A stretch of 64,000 nucleotides of DNA from Obrimoposthia wandeli (taxonomy: Eukaryota), in contig CDROCS010000506.1 of NCBI GenBank assembly GCA_977020255.1, forward strand, positions 124,001-188,000. The letters are read 5' to 3'. Positions within the stretch are counted from its first letter, which is position 1. Every line of letters starts with the position of its first letter. The notes beneath the pieces were generated by a model. The model saw only the letters and a list, made by a program, of their open reading frames with translations. It was not told where the DNA came from and did not search any database. Positions 1-11,233 of this stretch are shown here, piece by piece. Made by a program: the position numbers and the translations under genes.

Positions 1-2
1 TT

Positions 3-1277
3 GCCGCCAATGAATTCACCTTTGCTGACGATGGTAGCGTCAAAGGCGTGATCACCGGAGACATGGGACGTGATAAAAACGGCGCAGAAAAAGACAACTT
101 CATGCCAGGTATGGAACTTATTGGCAAGTATACCTTAGTCACCGAAGGCTCTCGTGGTCATTTAGGTAAACAATTAATCGAGAAGTACCAATTAGATAAA
201 GACGCCGATCCACAGCATTACGGACTCGGCATTAAAGAGTTGTGGCAAATAGACCCAAATATTCATCAACCGGGATTAGTCATTCACAGTATCGGCTGGC
301 CATTAGCAGAGCACGGTGCGACTGGTGGTGCTTTTTTATATCACGTCGGTAAAGATCAAGCTTATGTCGGTCTCATCACTGATTTAAACTATCAAAACCC
401 TTACCTCAGCCCTTTCGAAGAATTCCAACGGCTTAAATTACACCCTGCAGTGAGTCGCTATTTAAAAGGCGGGAAACGACTAGCTTACGGCGCGAGAACT
501 GTAACCAAAGGTGGTTATAACTGTTTACCGAAGATGGTATTCCCCGGCGGATTATTACTCGGTTGTGATGCCGGTACATTGAACGTGGCTAAATTAAAAG
601 GCACTCATACCGCCATGAAAACAGGTATGGTCGGTGCTGAAGCCGTGTTTTCCGCAATGGCATTGACACGCTATAAAGCCAACGAAAGCACTGAACAAGC
701 AACTGATAAAGCGACAAAAGCCAGTAATAGCCTCGAACACTTCACCTTATTATATGAAGCATCTTGGGTCTACCAAGAGTTATATCAATCACGTAATTTT
801 GCGCCGATCACACATCGCTGTAATGCCATGCTGGGCGTCACCTGGTTTGAGCAAAACATATTGCACAAAAGCTTACCCTTTACCCTGCACGACTCAAAAC
901 CAGATCACAGCCAATTACAAAAAGTCACCCGATCGTCAGCCATCACGTATCCGAAACCAGATAACATCTTAACCTTTGACCGTTTAAGCTCGGTATTTTT
1001 AGCGAATATACAACATGATGCCGACCAACCAAACCACCTTAAACTGACCGACCCGAGTATACCAATGTGTACCAACCTGCCCCGTTTTGCAGAACCCGCG
1101 CAACGATATTGCCCTGCGGCGGTATATGAAATAGTCACGGTTGATAAAGAAGTTAAATTCCAAATAAATGCGCAAAACTGTATCCACTGTAAAGCGTGCG
1201 ACATAAAAGACCCGTCGCAGAACATTGTATGGACACCACCAGAAGGCGGTAGCGGTCCCAACTATTCAGGAATGTAG
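3..1277 (+). CDS. Electron transfer flavoprotein-ubiquinone oxidoreductase (5' end lies before the window)
   Basis: Frame is open from base 3 (AANEFTFADDGSVKGVITGDMG...). Carries GCDAGTLNVAKLKGTHTAMKTG and the C-terminal 4Fe-4S motif CPAAVY...CIHCKACDIKDP typical of ETF-QO. Confidence 0.93.
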   Translation, partial: AANEFTFADDGSVKGVITGDMGRDKNGAEKDNFMPGMELIGKYTLVTEGSRGHLGKQLIEKYQLDKDADPQHYGLGIKELWQIDPNIHQPGLVIHSIGWPLAEHGATGGAFLYHVGKDQAYVGLITDLNYQNPYLSPFEEFQRLKLHPAVSRYLKGGKRLAYGARTVTKGGYNCLPKMVFPGGLLLGCDAGTLNVAKLKGTHTAMKTGMVGAEAVFSAMALTRYKANESTEQATDKATKASNSLEHFTLLYEASWVYQELYQSRNFAPITHRCNAMLGVTWFEQNILHKSLPFTLHDSKPDHSQLQKVTRSSAITYPKPDNILTFDRLSSVFLANIQHDADQPNHLKLTDPSIPMCTNLPRFAEPAQRYCPAAVYEIVTVDKEVKFQINAQNCIHCKACDIKDPSQNIVWTPPEGGSGPNYSGM

Positions 1278-1293
1278 AGCATACTGGCGTATG

Positions 1294-1333
1294 AAAAAAA
1301 AGCGCTACTAATCAGTGATTAGCAGCGCTTTAA
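1294..1333. terminator. Bidirectional intrinsic terminator between convergent ETF-QO and glpD
   Basis: AAAGCGCT(A)CTAATCA-G-TGATTAG(C)AGCGCTTT inverted repeat with an A-run on the left. Confidence 0.75.
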
Positions 1334-1368
1334 TGTGAGTTGATCAATCAACGTAGTGAGTTACGCGA

Positions 1369-2928
1369 TTAACCAACTTTATCTAACTTTACCGGATTAA
1401 GCTTTACGACTTGTGCATTGACGTAGTCAGCAACAGCGGCTTGTTGGGCTTTGTCTAAGTACAAACCAAGCTTAGTACGACGCCACAATACATCTTCCGC
1501 TTTCTTGGCAAATTCTGTTTCAATCAAGTAATCAATTTCGCGGCTGTAAACACCGTGACCAAAGTTAACACCGAAATCAGCTTCAGATTTACAATCAGCG
1601 AATAATTTCCAAGTATCGGTACCAAACTGATTTACATAACGCGTCGCAGTTTCAGGGTTTAGCCATAAATGCTGTGAACAGATGTTGGCAACTAGCTGTG
1701 TACGTGGGTAGCTAAAATCACCGCCCGGCAACGGCGTATCAGCTGTCCATGAATCACCTAACTTATCAAAGTACGGTGAAATCAGTGTCATTGCTGACTC
1801 TGCTAACTTACGGTAAGTCGTTAACTTGCCACCGAAGATAGATAGCAATGGCGCTTGTGTGCCTTCTTGCTCTAGTTCCAGTGTGTAATCACGTGTGATT
1901 GCTTGTGGAGATGAAGATTCGTCATCACACAGTGGACGTACGCCACTGTAAGTCCAAACAACATCGCTTGGCGCAAGTTGTTTCACAAAATGTTCGTTTA
2001 CAACGTCAATCAGGTAATCAACTTCGTCATCAGAGATCGCGACTTTACGTGGGTCGCCAACATATTCAACGTCAGTTGTACCTATGATTGAGAAGTCTTC
2101 CATGTAAGGGATCGCAAACACAATACGGTTATCTTTGTTCTGTAGAATGTAAGCTTGTTCTTCGTCGTGGATGCGCGGTACCACAATGTGTGAACCTTTT
2201 ACCAAACGAATGTTACGTGGAGACTCTTCTTCCATGCTGTCATCGAAGAATTGCTTCACCCAAGGACCCGCTGCATTCACTAATGCACGCGCAGTACGCT
2301 CGAAACGAACATTGGTTTGATCGTTTACAATTGTTACTTGCCATAAACCATCTTTACGTACGGCTTTTTCTACACGGCAATAGTTTTCAACTTCAGCGCC
2401 GTTACGTTGTGCTGCCATCGCATTTAGAATAACTAAACGTGCATCATCAACCCAACAATCTGAATATTCAAAACCTTTAGTAATTTCTTTTTTAAGTAAA
2501 CCTGATTTCGCTAAGTTAACTTGCTTACTACCTGGTAACGTTGTACGTTTACCCAAGTTGTCATACAAGAACAAACCCGCACGAATTAATAACGCAGGAC
2601 GTAAGAAAGGACGATGTGGTAAACGGAAACGCATTGGTTTAACAATGTGTGGCGCTTTCTTCAGTAATACTTCACGCTCTGCAAGTGATTCTGATACCAG
2701 ACGAAACTCGTAATGCTCAAGGTAACGTAAACCACCATGTATCAACTTAGAACTTGCTGATGACGTTGCTGAAGCAAAATCGGCTGCTTCATATAAACCC
2801 ACAGTAAGCCCACGGCCTGCCGCATCTGCTGCAATACCAGCACCATTAATACCGCCGCCTACGACGATCAAATCTAGTACTTCACTGTTCACATTATTGG
2901 TCATTACTTTCTGGTTTCCATTATTCAT
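1369..2928 (-). CDS. glpD: Aerobic glycerol-3-phosphate dehydrogenase
   Basis: DLIVVGGGINGAGIAADAAGRGL, TSSASSKLIHGGLRYLEHYEFRLV and IFGGKLTTYRKLAE motifs; glp context. Confidence 0.97.
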   Translation of the reverse strand: MNNGNQKVMTNNVNSEVLDLIVVGGGINGAGIAADAAGRGLTVGLYEAADFASATSSASSKLIHGGLRYLEHYEFRLVSESLAEREVLLKKAPHIVKPMRFRLPHRPFLRPALLIRAGLFLYDNLGKRTTLPGSKQVNLAKSGLLKKEITKGFEYSDCWVDDARLVILNAMAAQRNGAEVENYCRVEKAVRKDGLWQVTIVNDQTNVRFERTARALVNAAGPWVKQFFDDSMEEESPRNIRLVKGSHIVVPRIHDEEQAYILQNKDNRIVFAIPYMEDFSIIGTTDVEYVGDPRKVAISDDEVDYLIDVVNEHFVKQLAPSDVVWTYSGVRPLCDDESSSPQAITRDYTLELEQEGTQAPLLSIFGGKLTTYRKLAESAMTLISPYFDKLGDSWTADTPLPGGDFSYPRTQLVANICSQHLWLNPETATRYVNQFGTDTWKLFADCKSEADFGVNFGHGVYSREIDYLIETEFAKKAEDVLWRRTKLGLYLDKAQQAAVADYVNAQVVKLNPVKLDKVG

Positions 2929-2959
2929 ACTTAACTCACTTTAATACATTCTTGTCTGA

Positions 2960-3098
2960 GCGAACGACCGCTTTCGAACATCTGCAACTAATATAGAACA
3001 CTTCGGTATTAAAATCATCATTTACTTTCGCATTCGAGCATTTATTTTTACATTTCGAACATTTACTGTTTAATCTAGACCGTATTAAATGTTCGAAT
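2960..3098. promoter_or_regulatory. Cluster of GlpR-type operator half-sites upstream of glpD
   Basis: Repeated ATGTTCG/CGAACAT-like elements at 2960-2981 (GCGAACGACCGCTTTCGAACAT), 3025-3041, 3049-3062 and 3089-3098, resembling the E. coli glp operator (ATGTTCG-N4-CGAACAT). Confidence 0.7.
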
Positions 3099-3276
3099 GG
3101 CTATTAAGCATTAATAATATGTCAACGTGATGACAAAAATAGACCAAGAAACAATAAAACACCTAAAAAAAACCAAAAAAAAGAGCCCCACGATATAAAC
3201 ACTTTCTATTTATATAATGGCACTCTTTCTGTTTAGACTAAGATGATGACCTATTGGCAATCAAACTTAAACACGA

Positions 3277-4809
3277 TTATAGTAAATCGTCTTCTTCGTC
3301 ATGGCCTTCAGACCATGATTGTGCTGCTTTAACAGCACGTTTCCAACCACGGTAGCGACGTTGACGTTTAACATCATCATCATGTGGTTCGAATGATTTT
3401 TCGATAACTGCTTTATCAGACAATTCATCTAGACCATCCCAGAAACCAACCGCTAGACCAGCAAGGTAAGCCGCACCAAGTGCTGTTACTTCTGTTACAG
3501 CTGGACGTAATACAGTTGTATTTAGCACGTCAGATTGGAATTGCATTAGGAAGTTATTCGCTACTGCACCGCCATCTACACGCAGCTCAGCCAATTTAAT
3601 GCCTGAATCCGCTTGCATCGCATCAAGTACGTCACGTGTTTGATACGCAATACTTTCTAATGTTGCACGGATAATGTGATTTGCACCTACACCACGCGTT
3701 AGACCTACAATCGTACCACGAGCATATGCATCCCAGTACGGTGCGCCTAAACCAGTGAACGCAGGCACAACATAAACACCGTTTGATGAATCTACTTTTG
3801 TTGCAAAATATTCAGAATCTTTCGCATCAGAGAGTAACTTCATTTCGTCACGTAGCCATTGGATAGAAGCACCACCCATGAATACCGCGCCTTCGAGTGC
3901 GTATGCTACTTCACCACGTGGACCACATGCCAAGGTAGTTAGTAGACCGTTGCTAGACGTTACTTTTTCTTTACCCGTGTTCATTAATAAGAAACAACCA
4001 GTACCGTAGGTGTTTTTCGCTTGACCTTGTTCTACACACATTTGACCATAAAGTGCAGCTTGCTGATCACCGGCGATACCAGCGATTGGGGTACGCGTAC
4101 CGCCTTTACCACCTAGGTTCATTTGGCCATATACTTCTGAAGACGATTTCACTTCAGCCATCATTGATAGTGGAATATCAAGGATCTTAAGTAATTTTTC
4201 GTCCCACTGTAGCGTATTGATGTTAAACAACATTGTACGTGATGCGTTAGTGTGATCAGTTACATGTACGCGTCCTTGTGTCATTTTCCAAACTAACCAA
4301 GTATCAACAGTACCGAATAATAGTTTACCGGCTTCAGCGTCTTCACGAGCACCCTCGACATTATCAAGGATCCATTTAATTTTTGTACCTGAGAAGTACG
4401 GGTCAACAACAAGACCGGTGTTTTCACGCACGTATTCTTCGAAGCCTGCATCTTGTGCTTTTAATTTGTCACAGATATCAGCAGTACGACGACACTGCCA
4501 TACGATTGCGTTATAAACGGGCTTGCCTGTTTCTTTGTTCCAAACAATCGTCGTTTCACGTTGGTTAGTGATACCAATACCAGCGATTTCATCACTAGTG
4601 ATACCTGTTTTCGCTAACGTTTCAACGAGTACTGAACTCTGAGTTGCATAGATTTCAAGTGGATCATGCTCAACCCAACCGGCTTGCGGATAGATTTGCG
4701 TAAACTCACGTTGAGATACACTGACAATATTTGCATCGTGGTCAAGAATAACGGCACGAGAACTAGTTGTTCCTTGGTCTAAAGCAATAATGTATTTTTT
4801 CTCAGTCAT
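3277..4809 (-). CDS. glpK: Glycerol kinase
   Basis: [30 protein letters not shown] and KNTYGTGCF motifs. Confidence 0.98.
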   Translation of the reverse strand: MTEKKYIIALDQGTTSSRAVILDHDANIVSVSQREFTQIYPQAGWVEHDPLEIYATQSSVLVETLAKTGITSDEIAGIGITNQRETTIVWNKETGKPVYNAIVWQCRRTADICDKLKAQDAGFEEYVRENTGLVVDPYFSGTKIKWILDNVEGAREDAEAGKLLFGTVDTWLVWKMTQGRVHVTDHTNASRTMLFNINTLQWDEKLLKILDIPLSMMAEVKSSSEVYGQMNLGGKGGTRTPIAGIAGDQQAALYGQMCVEQGQAKNTYGTGCFLLMNTGKEKVTSSNGLLTTLACGPRGEVAYALEGAVFMGGASIQWLRDEMKLLSDAKDSEYFATKVDSSNGVYVVPAFTGLGAPYWDAYARGTIVGLTRGVGANHIIRATLESIAYQTRDVLDAMQADSGIKLAELRVDGGAVANNFLMQFQSDVLNTTVLRPAVTEVTALGAAYLAGLAVGFWDGLDELSDKAVIEKSFEPHDDDVKRQRRYRGWKRAVKAAQSWSEGHDEEDDLL

Positions 4810-4883
4810 TACGAAGTCCTTTTAATTTCATTTGGTATGAGTACTTAATCGTTAATTTAACATGAGTACTTATGTTTAATTAT

Positions 4884-4915
4884 ACACCTAAGCGATAATC
4901 AAAGTCGCTCAGGTG
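4884..4915. other. Intercistronic hairpin between glpF and glpK
   Basis: ACACCT(A)AGCGA...TCGCT(C)AGGTGT inverted repeat. Confidence 0.45.
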
Positions 4916-4957
4916 TTATTCAAAATTTATGCGGTATTATGTTTCAATGTCGTTAAC

Positions 4958-5815
4958 TTATACTTCAGCCGCTTTAGCTTCAACTGATTCTTCATCACAC
5001 TGGTTTGGAATAGTGCAACCATGACCTGCTGATGGTAGGTATTGACCAATCACTTTTGGATATAACCAACCGCCGAAACATGCACCTACAATTGGACCTA
5101 AGATTGGTACAATGAAGTAAGGAATTTCTTTAGCGCCTGTTAGTGCAAAATCCCAACCCGCGAAGTAAGCGAATAATTTAGGACCAAAGTCACGTGCAGG
5201 GTTCATTGCAAAACCAGTTAGTGGACCTAAAGAGCCACCGATAACCGCGATTAGCACACCGATAAGCACAGGGTTCATTGCGCCACGTGGTTCGCCGTTG
5301 CTTTCATCACCTAATGCTAAGATAGCGAACATTAATACCGCAGTAATCACAAATTCAACCGCAAATGCGCCAATGAATGTTAATGATGGGTGTGGGTAAG
5401 TTGAGAAGATACCTGCTGTCGATAATGCTGCTTCACTATTACGTAGGAAACCGTTAGCAATTTCGTAGTCAGTAAATAAGTTGCTATATAGACCGTATAC
5501 TAACGCTGCAGAGCAGAAAGCACCTGCGAGTTGCGAGAATATATAAGGTAATACTTTGCTTTTATCAAATCCGTGAAAAGCTGCAAGCGCAATCGTCACG
5601 GCTGGGTTAATGTGAGCACCAGAAACACCAGCAGTACAGTAAATAGCAATTGCTACACCCATACCCCAGATAATACTGATTTCCCATTGACCAAAACTAG
5701 CGCCAGTTAATACCAGTGCGGCTACGCAGCCGACACCAAAAAAGATTAACAGTCCAGTACCAATAAACTCAGCAAGGCATTCGCCCATCAGAGTATGCTG
5801 TTTATTGTTAGCCAT
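4958..5815 (-). CDS. glpF: Glycerol uptake facilitator (aquaglyceroporin, MIP family)
   Basis: SGAHINPAVT and GFAMNPARDFGP (two NPA boxes); upstream of glpK. Confidence 0.97.
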   Translation of the reverse strand: MANNKQHTLMGECLAEFIGTGLLIFFGVGCVAALVLTGASFGQWEISIIWGMGVAIAIYCTAGVSGAHINPAVTIALAAFHGFDKSKVLPYIFSQLAGAFCSAALVYGLYSNLFTDYEIANGFLRNSEAALSTAGIFSTYPHPSLTFIGAFAVEFVITAVLMFAILALGDESNGEPRGAMNPVLIGVLIAVIGGSLGPLTGFAMNPARDFGPKLFAYFAGWDFALTGAKEIPYFIVPILGPIVGACFGGWLYPKVIGQYLPSAGHGCTIPNQCDEESVEAKAAEV

Positions 5816-5853
5816 GATTCATTCCTTTGTTTTATTTTATGTAGGGTGTACAC

Positions 5854-5947
5854 AATGTTCGTGTGGATTTTAATTTACACTTTTAATACATAATTAAAAC
5901 AAATAAAGAATAAAAATGAGCGTTCGAGCACGAAAATATGTTCAAAT
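5854..5947. promoter_or_regulatory. GlpR-type operator sites upstream of glpFK
   Basis: AATGTTCGT at 5854 and GCGTTCG-AGCA-CGAAAAT followed by ATGTTC at about 5920-5947. Confidence 0.6.
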
Positions 5948-6277
5948 GAGACGATCTGTATCATATTCACTAACAAAATACGCTATGTCACGCTGGTTTG
6001 ACCAAGATCAAAGCATACATTATTTATCATTAAACGATAGCTTGCAACATAATTTAACACTTTATGGGTAGTAAAGTACTGTTTTGTATAAAAACAAACT
6101 AATACAAGAGTATGGGAAATAACAGCGGATGGCGTAAATGTAATAAAGCGAACATCTGTAAGGTGAAACAATTAAAACGAACAAAATACGGTTAAACCAG
6201 TAACTGGCTTAACCGTATCAATCACACCGCGATAAAAGCAGCGGGCCCTTATTTACAGTAGCCCGATTGCCGTAACC

Positions 6278-7447
6278 CTATTGCGGGATAGCAGAGTGAT
6301 CGCTTGGCTTTGATGTAGCAGTTTTAATGAGCATATAAATACACATCGTTAACATGCAAACACCAAGGTACATAATCAAGCCATTATTATAGTGCTTAAA
6401 GCCTTGTGCCAAAACCGGACCGGCCACAGAACCGGCGCTATAACTCAGCAGCATGATCTCTGTCGCCGCTACAATTTTACTCACGCCTAAGCTGTCACAC
6501 GCTAACGAGATAGCAACTGGATAGAGTGAAAATACACTCGCACCCAATAACATATAGCTTGAGCTAAGCAAGATCGAGTTATGCGCCTTTAATATGCCGA
6601 TAACACCAAGCAAACCGACTAAGCAAAATAATGACATTAATAATGTCTTACTCATTTTGGGTGATAAGTAGCTCACGATTGGTTGTACTAACATGCCGCC
6701 CAAAATAATAATCGCCATTAGCATACCCGTTTGTTCTGCACTGCCCGTTTGCGCTTTGATATACAAAGGCATTAACCCATAAATAGGTGCCATTAACATG
6801 CCAGAAACTAAACAACCCAAAATTGCAGGACGGCTTAATGCCTTTAGCTCTGCGAATCTGATCTTTTGGTGTCCAGTGCAATCAGGTTGCCCGGCCTTGA
6901 TTAATAACGGCGGTAAAATGGCAATCAACAACACACCGATAACCACGCTGTAAGGAAATATGCCTTCTACACCGATCGGCACCAATCCTAATTGGCCTAG
7001 TGCATTACCACCGTATAAAGACGTCATGTATAAACCCAAACGTTTCGCACGTTGTTTTGCGGTATCGGCCATTAATAACCAAGACTCAACAACAACGAAT
7101 ACTCCTGCAACCGCGATACCGGCAATAAAACGCGCCGCCAGCCAAGTTGCAGCACTTGGCATTGCGATCATCAAAAAGATCGACAATAACAGCACACTTA
7201 AAAACAAAATAAACGCAAGGCGATGGCCTATTCTTGCCACTACACCTTCTATCTGTAATGAACCAATCAATAGCCCCAGATAAAAGATACTTGCCAACCA
7301 AGGCGTCAATGTAAGACTGAGTCCAAATGATTGCAAAGATAACGGAATTAGGCTCATTAAAAAGCCAGATGCAATAGCAAAAAATGACAAACCAACAACA
7401 GGTACAAAAGTACTGTTTCGTGAGTTTGTGCAGGCGAATGTTCCCAC
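6278..7447 (-). CDS. MFS transporter (YcaD-like)
   Basis: About 12 hydrophobic segments; VVVESWL and LYPVAISLACD motifs typical of the YcaD-like MFS group. Confidence 0.85.
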   Translation of the reverse strand: MGTFACTNSRNSTFVPVVGLSFFAIASGFLMSLIPLSLQSFGLSLTLTPWLASIFYLGLLIGSLQIEGVVARIGHRLAFILFLSVLLLSIFLMIAMPSAATWLAARFIAGIAVAGVFVVVESWLLMADTAKQRAKRLGLYMTSLYGGNALGQLGLVPIGVEGIFPYSVVIGVLLIAILPPLLIKAGQPDCTGHQKIRFAELKALSRPAILGCLVSGMLMAPIYGLMPLYIKAQTGSAEQTGMLMAIIILGGMLVQPIVSYLSPKMSKTLLMSLFCLVGLLGVIGILKAHNSILLSSSYMLLGASVFSLYPVAISLACDSLGVSKIVAATEIMLLSYSAGSVAGPVLAQGFKHYNNGLIMYLGVCMLTMCIYMLIKTATSKPSDHSAIPQ

Positions 7448-8078
7448 CTTGTATCCTCGAGTTAAATTGTTAAAATATAGGTTAAGCCGCTATATGTGTA
7501 CCAGACACTGGTTACTGCATATTTCGGCGAGACTTTAATCTTAAATTAACTGGAAGTAAAGATTATTTTTATTAAAACACAAAATGATTTATGGATACTA
7601 AAACCAAGTTTAACACCTCTATTTCAGAAGGTTATGGACATGTTAATTTTTTATTATCAACTTTCATTACTACCTTGAAATGAAACCCATATAATTAATA
7701 ATTAAATGTCAAAGCACTGTTTAAACAATACTACTTCGCATTAAAGCGATATAACAACACAGTTAGCATCAAGTTATGGACGTTTGAGAATATGTATTTA
7801 GAATGAATTAGTTAAACATTTTCAGTATGAAACCTTGATGCACAGCTATCCCTACAGATGATATTTTTGTTGTGTCAGCGATTCAAGCTATATTGGGCGA
7901 AGTAATAGGGTTCAGGTAATAAGTGAGGTCGAGGTGACGGGGAATCGTGACGATGACGATGACGATGAATAGTAACGGTGAAAACCGACTGCCAGCATAT
8001 TATAAATGGCTGACAGTCAAAATCATCGGGAGGTTAACAAATATAGCGAAGCACTGGCTGACTCAGCAGCGTGAGAAA

Positions 8079-9641
8079 CTAAACATCCAACGGTTCATTA
8101 CTACTAAAATCAGCATAGAGCACGCGATTCTTGCCCGCTACCTTCGCCGCATACAAGAGTTCATCAGCCTGTTTAATCACGCTTTTTATGGATTTAATTT
8201 GATCAATTGATGACGTAGTTACAGCCCCACCAGACAGGGTTACATGAAATTCAGTTTCGTCACTATAATGCGGTAAGTTAGCGACCGCATCACAGATACG
8301 TTCAAAGATATCAATTTGTTTATTGTCGTTGTTATACGCAATCAACAAACCAAACTCTTCCCCCCCGAGGCGAACTAACACGTCTTTATCACGGATCTGC
8401 TGCTTAATCGCTGTCGTAACACGAACCAGTACATCATCACCGACAAGGTGGCCATAAGTATCGTTAACATGCTTAAAGTTATCTAAATCGATAATCATGA
8501 AAGAATAAAACTGATGACGTTCGACATTTTTCAGTTTAGCCATAAACCCACGGCGGTTTAACAGTCCAGTCAAAGGATCATGGCATGATTCTCTCGCTAA
8601 TATCTTAGACGTAATGCGTAGTTTCAAGGTATATAAGAACCAAGCAGCAAGGACAATGGCAACAAAATAAAACGTAATATCAACAAGACTGTTTTTAATT
8701 AAATATCTGAATTTATCACTCACACTGTCAGGCATAACCAAACGTAAATGCGTGTTGAAACCATCATAACTTAGCGGTTCACTGAGCATGCCAAGATCGG
8801 CACTCGGATTTTCGTCATTAATAATATCGAAATCAGAGTGAATACCGGCAACTAATTCTGCCCATAAGATATCCATGTTAAGCACACCATAGAAGGTCTT
8901 GTCCATGAAAATAGCAATCGAGAAAGTTAATACCTGTTTATTTAGATTCAGGTCTGCATAAGGCCCAGTAATGAAGATTTGATTACCGCGGTCTTCGACA
9001 TCCACGCTCAATATTTTTTGCATATATGGTCGGGTAAATAGCGCTGTTTCAAACCCGTCACGTTTTAGCACTAAGCCATTATATTTCGGAGAACTAATAA
9101 CAAATTTATCCATCGAGATGAAATACAAGCTAATGACATCACTCGAACGTCCAGCAAGAAAGGTCATCATCGGTGCAATTTTGATGGTTTCTTTGATCTT
9201 ATGATGAAGAGTAGAGTTTGTCTCACAGCCCGTTTTATCGCTGACAACTAAGAAGTTAGTTTCAAAGTCATACATTTGCTCACGCGTTGGCTTCTTCGCT
9301 ATCTGGCAAATATCATCATCTGCATAGGTGAATGTTAGCTGGTTATCATCGATTAATTCAGCATTTGAACGGCTCAGCTGAGACATTCCATATTGAATCG
9401 CTTGCAGTTGATAAAACAACTCCCCTAAGCGTCTTTCCGCGACCTGAAATGATTGATTAAAATTATCTAACTGTTTGATTTCAGAGCGGTTAACCTGATA
9501 AGAAATGATAGCGCTAATGATAACAACTAAATAAAGAGTGACTCTAACTTTCACAGTACATCCGTTAACCACATTTTTTATGCGGATTATTTTTGGATAC
9601 TGATAATATACCCATTCAATTGTTATTCCTAGCGTTAACAA
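8079..9641 (-). CDS. Membrane-anchored diguanylate cyclase with periplasmic (Cache-like) sensor
   Basis: Two TM segments; ITGPYADL sensor segment; DPLTGLLNRRG, DLDNFKHVNDTYGHLVGD, RLGGEEF; RxxD I-site (RDKD). True start may be a downstream GTG (VKVRVTL...). Confidence 0.9.
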   Translation of the reverse strand: MLTLGITIEWVYYQYPKIIRIKNVVNGCTVKVRVTLYLVVIISAIISYQVNRSEIKQLDNFNQSFQVAERRLGELFYQLQAIQYGMSQLSRSNAELIDDNQLTFTYADDDICQIAKKPTREQMYDFETNFLVVSDKTGCETNSTLHHKIKETIKIAPMMTFLAGRSSDVISLYFISMDKFVISSPKYNGLVLKRDGFETALFTRPYMQKILSVDVEDRGNQIFITGPYADLNLNKQVLTFSIAIFMDKTFYGVLNMDILWAELVAGIHSDFDIINDENPSADLGMLSEPLSYDGFNTHLRLVMPDSVSDKFRYLIKNSLVDITFYFVAIVLAAWFLYTLKLRITSKILARESCHDPLTGLLNRRGFMAKLKNVERHQFYSFMIIDLDNFKHVNDTYGHLVGDDVLVRVTTAIKQQIRDKDVLVRLGGEEFGLLIAYNNDNKQIDIFERICDAVANLPHYSDETEFHVTLSGGAVTTSSIDQIKSIKSVIKQADELLYAAKVAGKNRVLYADFSSNEPLDV

Positions 9642-9910
9642 TGTAAGAGTATGTCACTGATATAGGATGTTAGCTAAAACTGTATATTAATATAGAAGAT
9701 CGACACTATGCTATTGTGTGGTCGTTAGTAAAACAAACTGTAAATAAGGCCTTTCTAGAGAGTATAGCAGAGGCTCTATGTTATTCGCTGTATATCTGAT
9801 TAATTTATCAATGTGTTAATATGACTCAACTGACCATTAACTCAGCCAGAATTATGCGCCAAGCGATTGACAAGATAAAGATACAAATCAAGTTAAGGTG
9901 TAAATACTGA

Positions 9911-11233
9911 TTACTTCATCATCTGATTGCTTAATGCTCCCAGGCATTTAAATACAATCGCATTAGGCGGTGTTGCAACCGGTAACATAAAGGCACAAGA
10001 CGCCGCGATCGCGATTAATGCCGACAGCACAACCGGTGACATGCCCAGTACTTCAGCCACACCCGCAAACACCGGAATCAACAGTGCTGCACTGGCCGTG
10101 TTACTGGCAAACTCCGTCAACATGACCACAAACGCAACCACGGTTAAGATAACGATCACCATACCCGCTTGGGACAGTACATCACTCAGGCTTTCTGCTA
10201 AAAATACGCTGGTACCCGTTGCCTTTAAGATATTACTTAAACAAATACCACCACCAAATAACAGCAGTACGCCCCAATCCGTGGTTTTCTCGATATCCTT
10301 CCAGTTAACTACCCGCGCGACACCGACTAGAACAATCGCCATCAGTGCAACTAAGGTATCAAACTTCGAAAAACCACCGAGCATGGCATTAATCGGTTTA
10401 CTGAATATCCATAAACTCACCGTCAATGAGAAGATAGCAAGGGTGACAATTTTACCTTTATCCCACGCAATTGGTTGATGGTCTAATTCAAAGACTTCAT
10501 TCAAATTAGGTTTCAATAACATGTACAGTACACCGACTGTCACAGGTAATAGGATTAGCGTAATTGGCACGCCGTAAGCCATCCACTCGGTGAAGCTTAA
10601 ACCAAGGTGCGCTGCCGCAATCGCATTCGGTGGGCTGCCTACAATCGTGGCAATACCACCAATGCTGGCGCAATAAGCAATACCGAGTAACACAAATACA
10701 TAAGTATTGTGACCCGTTTTGGTATTCACTTTATTCAGTACGCCCAGCACTAACGGCAACATCATTGCGGTTGTCGCGGTATTACTGATCCACATAGACA
10801 GACCCGCCGTTACCCCAAATAGCATAAACACAGCGACATCCATTCGACCTTTTGACAGCACCAATACTTTATCGGCAATGGCTTTATCGAGTTCTTGTCG
10901 ATGTAAAGCAGCCGCAAGTGCAAAACCACCGAGGAACAAAAAGATAATCGGATTTGAAAAGTTATTGAGTGCCGTTTGAGTATTAAACACCCCAAAGACC
11001 ACAGCAAGTACAGGCACTAAAATCGCGGTAATACTGACGTGTAACGCTTCCGTTAACCACAATATGGCAATAAAACTGAGTATACTAAGCCCGAGCACTA
11101 CGTCTTTTTCAAACGGTAAAAAGTTGTATAACAGGGCAAATAAAATAACATCTAAGATAATAATAATGCTGTTTTTATTTGTTAGCCACTCCATTGTGTT
11201 TGTGGGTAGCGGTAGACTTTCATTGTGGTTCAT
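9911..11233 (-). CDS. DASS/SLC13 Na+:dicarboxylate symporter (VcINDY homologue) with a frameshifted, truncated C-terminus
   Basis: Closely follows VcINDY as recalled ([40 protein letters not shown]) but stops about 20 aa early; see finding. Confidence 0.88.
   Translation of the reverse strand: MNHNESLPLPTNTMEWLTNKNSIIIILDVILFALLYNFLPFEKDVVLGLSILSFIAILWLTEALHVSITAILVPVLAVVFGVFNTQTALNNFSNPIIFLFLGGFALAAALHRQELDKAIADKVLVLSKGRMDVAVFMLFGVTAGLSMWISNTATTAMMLPLVLGVLNKVNTKTGHNTYVFVLLGIAYCASIGGIATIVGSPPNAIAAAHLGLSFTEWMAYGVPITLILLPVTVGVLYMLLKPNLNEVFELDHQPIAWDKGKIVTLAIFSLTVSLWIFSKPINAMLGGFSKFDTLVALMAIVLVGVARVVNWKDIEKTTDWGVLLLFGGGICLSNILKATGTSVFLAESLSDVLSQAGMVIVILTVVAFVVMLTEFASNTASAALLIPVFAGVAEVLGMSPVVLSALIAIAASCAFMLPVATPPNAIVFKCLGALSNQMMK

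Noticed and set aside
7896-7908. 13-mer GGGCGAAGTAATA also present near 56065
   Set aside because: A 13-bp match is expected by chance in 64 kb and has no flanking similarity
7947-8210. 87-aa plus-strand ORF MTMTMTMNSNG...
   Set aside because: Start derives from the GACGAT microrepeat, there is no RBS, and it overlaps the DGC 3' end antisense; probably spurious
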